A stretch of DNA of 64,000 nucleotides from Eledone cirrhosa (Eukaryota), in NCBI GenBank assembly GCA_964016885.1, contig OZ024751.1, forward strand, positions 23,870,001 through 23,934,000, read 5' to 3'. This document shows positions 55,617 through 64,000 of this stretch, in pieces (position 1 is the first letter of the stretch; every line of letters starts with the position of its first letter). The notes below the pieces were generated by a model. That model saw only the letters and a program-made list of their open reading frames with translations, made no database searches and was not told the origin of the DNA. A program made the position numbers and the translations under genes.

Positions 55617-55682
55617 TATTATAAAACGAAAATATCACTCCAGAATTACATATATGTATATGTATATATATGTAGTTCTGGT

Positions 55683-55799
<117 letters not shown>

Positions 55800-56059
55800 G
55801 TACATGTGTGTGAGTGTGTGCACGCACGTGTGTGTATATATATTTGTGTGTATTTGTGTGTGCATACGACGTCTACACACACGTATATACACATGTATAT
55901 ATATGAGTTTGCGCGTTTCTTGCCAACCGTATATGTATATGTTTATTGAATATTAATTAACCATATAATCAATATAATTAATCATTAGCAGACTGACATA
56001 AATTGGTCCATAAACAATGAAGATAAATATATATCTTTATATATATATATATACACACC

Positions 56060-56093
<34 letters not shown>

Positions 56094-56094
56094 T

Positions 56095-56156
<62 letters not shown>

Positions 56157-56208
56157 ATTTGGGCGGGTCTCATCTTTCAAACATATATGTATATACATAT
56201 ATATATAT

Positions 56209-56239
<31 letters not shown>

Positions 56240-56330
56240 TTATATATATATATACACATAAATATATATATATATATACATAAATATATATATTATATAT
56301 ATATATATATATGTATTTATATATATATAC

Positions 56331-56509
<179 letters not shown>

Positions 56510-56534
56510 AATATATATATATATATATATATAC

Positions 56535-56600
<66 letters not shown>

Positions 56601-57102
56601 AATGAATAATAACAGGTAGACATCATAAAAAGGTAATTTATTCTGTGTGCTTACAAATGTGTCCACGGTGGTTATACAGCCTAGTTATGCTATGTGCAAA
56701 CTTATAACTATTTGCAAAACTCAATTATCAAATGCTGTGACCACTGTATCCTCAGAGCAGAATGGTTAAAATGTACAATGTAAATACCCTTAAGTGAGGT
56801 TATTGGGGAAGATAGACTAGAAAAGGAATAGAGAAAAGAAGGGGAGAGGGAGAGAGAGAGAGATATACAGGGGTTGGAGAAATGGGAGAGAGTCGTTTGT
56901 AGATAACTTAATCAAAATGTTGTGGTAGCGGTTTTATTATACACGCATATATACATATATATATATCCAGAAATAGCCGTCGAACCGGCTTGAGCTCTGC
57001 CGTCGGGGTCTTGACTATCTTCCTATAACCCACTCTATTACCCAAAGTTTCGAGTACTCTGGTGCGTTATGGTCCAACTGGTTCCTTACCACACTTCCTT
57101 CG

Positions 57103-57140
<38 letters not shown>

Positions 57141-57254
57141 AAGTGTCCAAAATTAAGATAAAATGAATTAAATGAAATCATGGGTGTCATGACATAATGC
57201 ATGCGCCATATATCCTGGGAATTTAAGCTCAAAGATAAATAAATCCGAGCATAC

Positions 57255-57407
57255 TATAATAACTAGTGATTGATTAACATATAAATATACATGAATAATC
57301 ACAGGAGATAATTTTTGCTCGCGTGTAACCACGCATAGCTAGTATAGGTAATATTTACCTTTAAGAGTAATTATTCATGTATATTTATATGTTAATCAAT
57401 CTCTAGT

Positions 57408-57414
<7 letters not shown>
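57255..57414. repeat. Inverted repeat (~45-bp arms)
   Basis: tataataactagtgattgattaacatataaatatacatgaataat and its near-perfect reverse complement. Confidence 0.75.
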
Positions 57415-57456
<42 letters not shown>

Positions 57457-59832
57457 CAAATAGACAAGGATTAAAATTTCCTCTTCAGTAGTCTTCTGAT
57501 TTATCGTTGGTATTTCGGCGCATTAAAATCAGTGCGAGCGATAACTCAATTAAGTTATCGGGACAGTGGGAAAACGGAGGGAAGAAAACAAACACATGGT
57601 GGTATGCAACGAAAAGAGAGGAAAATTAGAGACAAGTCAATGAATCACGTGGGCATAAGCCCGACATATCAAATTGACGAGAAGAAATAGACACGTCCGA
57701 GCCGCGAGAAGATTGAGAGAGGAAAGGAATTCAAGCAGGTCAGATGGGAGGAAGTGAGAGGGAGGGGGAGAAGAAGAGAGGGAGTGAGTGAAAGTGGGAG
57801 GAAGGACCAGCCGAGGGTAGTGACCAGCAGCAGGAATTGAGGAAGGCAAGAGGCGAAGGAGAGAGAAGGGTTGATAGCAATAAGGTAACAGAAAATATAC
57901 GAACCACAGCGAAGGGAAAAATTATGTGAATGAAAAATGGGTGCTGCGTTGTTGCGAACATTTAAGATGTATACAGCCTACCTGAACCTATTCCTACAAT
58001 ATCACTGTGAAAATAATTGACTGCTCTATATATGGATTTGAACTCAGAATGTAGGGAGCAATAACTCTATGATGCAAAGCATGGTGTCTGACATCTACCG
58101 ATACTGGCAACCCACCCACCCTTTCGGAGAAAATAATAATTGTATTACATCTTTCCGACTCTCAGGTTGACTTACCACGAATCGATGACAACAACGCTCA
58201 GGCGTTATGATGTATGCATCATTAGACGGATATCCAATATACAATATCTTCATCTTTAAACGTAGTGCTTAGCTGAAAGAGATTTGTATCTAATACTCTA
58301 ATCGAATCATGTTCCTACACAGTATATCTTGACGCATGTTTTGTTCTGTTTATATTTGCTCAAAAGGACGCTATAATAATACACGTAAATAAATAAACGA
58401 CAATTCAATATCCTTGATATTTTGTTTGTGTTAGTAAATAACTAAATATGTGTGTATTTGTTTGGCGGATGGCATTTTATTTGGTAGGAAAACCTTGTCG
58501 CATTATTTTGCTATATTTTATAGCTATATATTTTTATCCAAAGTAAAGGGATATGTTTTGTTTATAATGTTTTCAAAATTAGGCACAAGACCAGCAATTT
58601 GCGTGAAGTGATGGGTGGAGCTAACATTAATTATGTTAATCCCAGTAATTTGCTGGTACTATTATCGATCCTTAAGGATGAAAGGTAGGATTTGATATCA
58701 GAACTCAGAACTTAAAGCGTTTTCTCTAGAGAAGGAGAGAGAAACTGATAAAGAGGAAAGGAAAAAGAGATAAAGGAGGATTCAACTGCAGTACTTCACT
58801 GGTACATTATTATCAACCTCGATAAGATGAGAGGCAGAGTTGACATGGGCGAGTTTGAACTCAGTACATAACGGAGAGTAAGTACATGCCGCAAATCATT
58901 TTTTTTGACGATACTCCGATTCTATCAATCCAGCCTTGACTTGTGTTTCTTTTTCTTTTCTTTTGCATATAGCAAAACCAAAACAATTTAAAGCCATAAG
59001 TGAATGTTAGAAAACTATTCATACTTTTTTATCTGGTAATAAGTACAATAATGGTTTATATATATTCCGAAGAGAATCTTACGAAAATGGAACGAAATGC
59101 TGCTCAAATCAAAACATTTTGTTTGAATGGAATATATACGGGAATTGGTTTTATTGGCAATACTGATAACATGACCATCCTTAAATATAACATGACCATC
59201 CTTAAATATCGGTTTCAACACACGTTTTCACATCAAGAATCCAGCAAAAGAAATACATAAAATTGATATACAGGAATGTTTATTATTTATTTATTCTACT
59301 GATATATACCCATGAAATATCTATGCGTGGGATATTTGGAATAATGCATATCATTTCGTGCTAAGATCGACTTAAAGATATACTTAATAACCAAGACATT
59401 CCTTTTTCCCTGTATAAGAACGTGAAAGATATTCACGTAACTGAAACCTTGTATTACGTTTGGTTGAGGATTAAAAAATGTCGGAGCAAGTTCAAGAAAT
59501 ATTTTTATGCTATAATCAATAGATTATCGATAGAAGTATTTATTGTTTTAACAACAACTCAGCTTGGATTGTTCGTATCGTTAAACTACAAATATCATAC
59601 CAGCTTTACTTCTGATGTGTTGCTAATGCATTCTTTCAATTAGATACCTGTATATATTACTAATCGTATTACTAAATGATAGCGTTTCTTGGCAGAACAT
59701 CTATAAACAGAATAATCATTAAGATAAAAGCAGAAATATGTTTGAATTGGATGTAAACTTTGTTTGTCTGAGGACAAATTTGGAGAGGAAAAACATTATA
59801 TAGAGTATGTTATATATATAAATATAAGGGAG

Positions 59833-59986
59833 GATGTGCTCATGCGCAGAGATGCTATAAAAATAGGTTATGAAATAGGACGAAGACACTAAAGAGTGGC
59901 CAACTGCAGCTTCTTTTTCCGTCTTCTCAGGGTCTTCACCCTATTCTATAATCTATGTTTATAGCATCTCTGCGCATGAGCACATC
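59833..59986. repeat. Inverted-repeat element in TA context
   Basis: gatgtgctcatgcgcagagatgctataaa / tttatagcatctctgcgcatgagcacatc. Degenerate relatives at about 1643-1812 and 1970-2005. Confidence 0.7.
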
Positions 59987-60091
59987 ACCATTTCTACTTA
60001 TATATATATATACAATATTATACAATATATATACAATATATATATATTAATTTTTAAGCTTGTTGAATCCCAACAAATTAAATACAACCTC

Positions 60092-60140
<49 letters not shown>

Positions 60141-60144
<4 letters not shown>

Positions 60145-60280
60145 TCATCATCCTCATCATGATTTTACATCTGCTTTTCCCTGCTTGCAAGGGTGGGGTG
60201 GGTCCTATCGGCACACCATCTCTAACTTGTCACGGACCTTCGTGATCTCCTCCGTGAGCGTCAGCGAGCTCAGGTCTGCT
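60141..60280 (-). mobile_element. Probable RTE-type LINE 3' end with (GAT)n tail
   Basis: GC-rich stub ending gcaagcagggaaaagcagatgtaaaatcatgatgaggatgatgatga on the minus strand. Confidence 0.4.
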
Positions 60281-60479
60281 CAGATGTCTAATATATATTT
60301 GTGAAATGGGTGGTGGTTGAAATTTAGTTGTGCACGGTTAAATGGTAGTAGACGTGGTCGAACGGACATGAAAATGTACACACCTATGAAAAAGTGCCAA
60401 GGAAGCAAATAGACGAGGTTTCAACTCTCTAACCTGAAAAATGTGGTCCGTAGGGCCCCAAAATGGTCTATTTACTATC

Positions 60480-61585
60480 GCTTTCGGTAAGTTATTTCCC
60501 CCTGTTCTAATACTTGGATGAATTATTTTCCGTAGTCGCTATCAATATTCATTGTCTTATTTACAATTTCATACAAATTTTTAAACTCATCAATTTTTTC
60601 ATAACATATGAAACACAAGGTTCTTTCGCTGTTTTATAAAATCGATTCTGCAGTGCCATTTTACGAAACGCCAAACCGAAAACGGTCAGTTTTCCATCAA
60701 AAGAAATAAAATCCTTAAATTGCGAAGAAGGGACGCGTGTTCTCGGGTACGTTTTTTCTGATATCATTTATTTTAATTCTAATACATGTTAACCACCACT
60801 AACAGTAAGTAGTATTATTCAAAGTCAAATGAAAAGTGTAAAGAATACAAGCATGTAAACTTAATGAATGGGATCTATAAGCTTTTGGGTTGCCGAGTTA
60901 ATTCATTTATTATTTTTTTTTTAATATTCATTGTAAATTAATGAATGGGATCCATAAGCACTTTGGTTGCCGAGTTAATTAATTCATTTTTTTTTTAAAT
61001 ATTCATTGTCTTATTTAAAATAACATATCAAAGACAACGTTATTTCGCTGTTAATAAACTGTTGCCTGCTACAGTACGTTTCATTTTCATTTTTCAAATA
61101 CAATTGCTTTATATTAAATTTAAATACTTCTATTACGATCATACAGTACCGTTTTATGAAATCGATTCTGCAGTAGAATTTTACGAAATGTCAAACCGAA
61201 AAAGGCCACTGTTTTCTAACAAAGGAAATAAAACCCTTACATTGCGAACCCCCTGTTCTAATACTGGGGTTAGTTATTTCCTGCTCTTCTAATAAACGTC
61301 TAATATATAGAGGCCCCTCTTGCTGACCAGGGCAATCAAAGTGTAAACTATCATACAAACCTTCATAATCTGCATTTTCAAACTTGCATATCATCGACAT
61401 TGCTATTTCGCTATTAATAAACAACGCTTTTCACGTCGCTCCACTTCTCATTGTACAGCCCCAAGTGCATATTTCTATTTTTTTTCCTGATACTGCTTCT
61501 TTATAATAAACTTGCAATAATATTTTTCAAATTATTAACTTAATAAAAAGTGGCCCCGAGTGCAACCGGGCTCAACTAATAGTAT
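60480..61585 (+). mobile_element. Possible Helitron-like non-autonomous element with internal direct repeats
   Basis: Diverged repeat aaatcgattctgcagt...aaaccgaaaa at about 60640 and 61160; direct repeat at 60861/60938; terminal GC hairpin cccg-agtgcaac-cggg followed by a degenerate CTAG-like end. Confidence 0.35.
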
Positions 61586-62024
61586 ATATAGATAGATAGA
61601 TAGATAGATAGATAAATATGCACGGGTGTGTATGATTGTGTATAGAAGATTATATTAATAAGAGGAATTCCAACTTTGTCTGATTTACTCGTTTTATTTA
61701 TAATCCTTTAAAATTTATAATGGTATTATAATGAAATAGTATGATAGAATATTAAATGTTAAGTGTTAATTGAACAAGTACTTTCATGCTTTCGCAATCT
61801 TCAGGTTCATAATGTGTGGTGACAGTCAAGTTTGCAATTTTCAACAAAGGAATTGTGGTAAGGAACCAGATGGACCATAACGCACCAGAGTACTCAATAC
61901 TTAGGGTAGTAGAGTGGGAAAAAGTATGACCCCGACGGCAGAGCTCAAGCCGTTTCGATGGCTATTTCTGGACCAGAAGGAGCCGTCGAAACGGCTTGAG
62001 CTCTGCCGTCGGGGTCATACTTTT

Positions 62025-62079
<55 letters not shown>

Positions 62080-63179
62080 TTTAAGTCCCTCCGAGGTTAA
62101 CTTTGACTTTCATCCTCATGGTGGCTGATAAAATAAAGTACCACTGCCGCACTAGGTTCGAGTTACTCGAATTACCACTTCCATTAAATTGTTGGCCTGT
62201 GCCAAAAGTAGAAACACTTATAAAGCTATCTTTTGCTTTTTAACACACATTTTGAACAGAAGGTGTTCCTACATTTAACTGGCTGTATCAGCATTTAGTA
62301 AGAACGCATATTATACAAAGACACCATCAGTGTAATCTCACATTATCTCGTATACATGTCTAACATTAAATCTTCAGTGAAAAAATAGATTTCTTTACTG
62401 TGTATAGCTAGAAAGAATCCGTTATTTAAAACCTTATTTTCTTTATTTGTTGCAGGAGGAATCTCGTTTTACAATTGCTTTAATTAGTAAATGCGCCTAT
62501 CACGATTCTTGAGTAAACACTGGTATTGCACAGATAAAAGATGTGAGAAAACAGGAGAGAGAGAGAGAGAGAGAGAGGAGGAAGAGAGAGAAATGAAGAG
62601 AGATGGAGAAAGAAAGTGTTTTGAAGAGGAAATGAAATGTAAAGAACGAAAGCAAAATTGCAAACATTGCAAAAAGATAAAGGAGTTGAAATATATGAGT
62701 TAAAATAAGACAAACAGAGTAATTATGTGCTGATTCAGTGACGCCAAACAAATTGAAAAAAAAGTGAGAAATAAAATAAAATAAAATCAATGTGAAATCG
62801 ATATTGGTTTCTAAATATGATGCTAGCTGGACATTTATTGATGCTGTTCGTTAAAATAAATTATGTTGCAGATTTTGACGTATAATGCAATATTAGTCGG
62901 GTCTTGACCGTAGGCTATATGAGCACCCATGCTCATTAATTAACGGAGTTATCCTATGTATCACAATTATAATTACATCATTATTTTTACTATGTGATTA
63001 AACAATGACATATCTTAATGGAATACGTATACAAATAACTTCCTGCCAACTGACGATGAGCCACCACTTTTAAAGCGGACACACGTATGAGCGTACATGT
63101 GTATAACCTGCTACCAATCAGACTTCATAATCTATATTAGAATATTAGCGTGTGACGTCAGATTAGCTTTAAACGGTTG

Positions 63180-63325
63180 TGCCATTTACGGTCCTTGCCA
63201 TTCTGAGTTCAAATCCCGCCGAGGTTGACTTTGCCTTTCATCCTTACGGGGTCGATAAAATAAAGTACCAGTAATGCACTGGGTAATTGCTGGCCTTGTG
63301 CCAAAAGTAGAAACAATTATTATTA
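63180..63325 (+). mobile_element. SINE copy (sense orientation, 5' truncated)
   Basis: gagttcaaatcccgccgaggttgactttgcctttcatcc...gtagaaacaattattatta. Confidence 0.8.
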
Positions 63326-63652
63326 ATGAATGGTATTGAGTTACGGCCCTTTATGTTCTGAGTTCAAATCCCGCCGTTCCTGATTATTACTAGAAATTCT
63401 ATAAGAATGAAATATTTATGATTTTCAGCAAACAGGTGGAGTACTTGGCTTTCATAAGTACCAATCAGTACAAAACATAGCTCTGTCAGCTTTATCTCCC
63501 CTGTTTGCTGAAAATTTAAAGTAAGTGAGACTGTCACTACTCTAAAACAATAGCATAAGGTCTTCGAAATGCTTTTAATTACGCATACAGTGTATTGAAA
63601 AATACACTATATATACATTCATATATATATCGCTATTTTAGAGCGCCAATTC

Positions 63653-63705
<53 letters not shown>

Positions 63706-63922
63706 TAAACGGAACAGAAAATGCTGACAAATTGTTCACAGTTGAAAAATGGTTTAATTAGGAATAAAAGAGTATTAGTGATTGTATGGGTTAGTATTCA
63801 GTTGTGGTTTTAAGTTTTATATACAAATATAAATTACCGAGAATCGTATTTCGGCTTTGGAATTAGCGAAAAACAACTTCCGAGATGTGTGGCATGTATA
63901 TATATATATGTATATCTATATC

Positions 63923-63976
<54 letters not shown>

Positions 63977-64000
63977 TGAGATTCTACAGGACTAGAACTG

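Noticed and set aside
57320-57343. Helitron-like 3' end (gcgtg-taac-cacgc...CTAG)
   Set aside because: The hairpin is only 5 bp, lies in the spacer of an inverted repeat, and no matching 5' end was found.
57455-57500. Minus-strand CTGAAGA-GGA/TCC hammerhead-like stub; also CTGATGA at about 38303 and 51657, and CTGACGA at about 63050
   Set aside because: No correctly placed GAAA, stem III and stem I.

Overview
AT-rich, microsatellite-laden animal DNA; the gene and repeat content points to an octopus. It holds a tandem cluster of six divergent Cys-loop (pentameric ligand-gated ion channel) subunit genes with single-exon CDSs and no acetylcholine-binding loop C (YxCC), which fits the cephalopod chemotactile receptor (CR) family. 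Two are singletons (3.5 kb +, 14.6 kb -) and four form two recent duplicate pairs (39.0/43.4 kb and 49.5/53.9 kb, all -). Between the genes lie a near full-length decayed Tx1/L1-clade LINE, a young 5'-truncated CR1-type LINE, fragments of RTE, R4/Dong and CRE-like LINEs, and many tRNA-derived SINEs. The least expected signal is that the short elements inside (TA)n tracts repeatedly encode type I hammerhead ribozyme folds. I read about ten complete motifs from several unrelated families, some with compensatory stem changes, plus a 522-nt retrozyme-like unit, a conserved U4A-core variant and a ~10-copy fold-back family carrying half a hammerhead. All folds and alignments were done by eye; no searches were run. 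Most short ORFs in the track are microsatellite artefacts.
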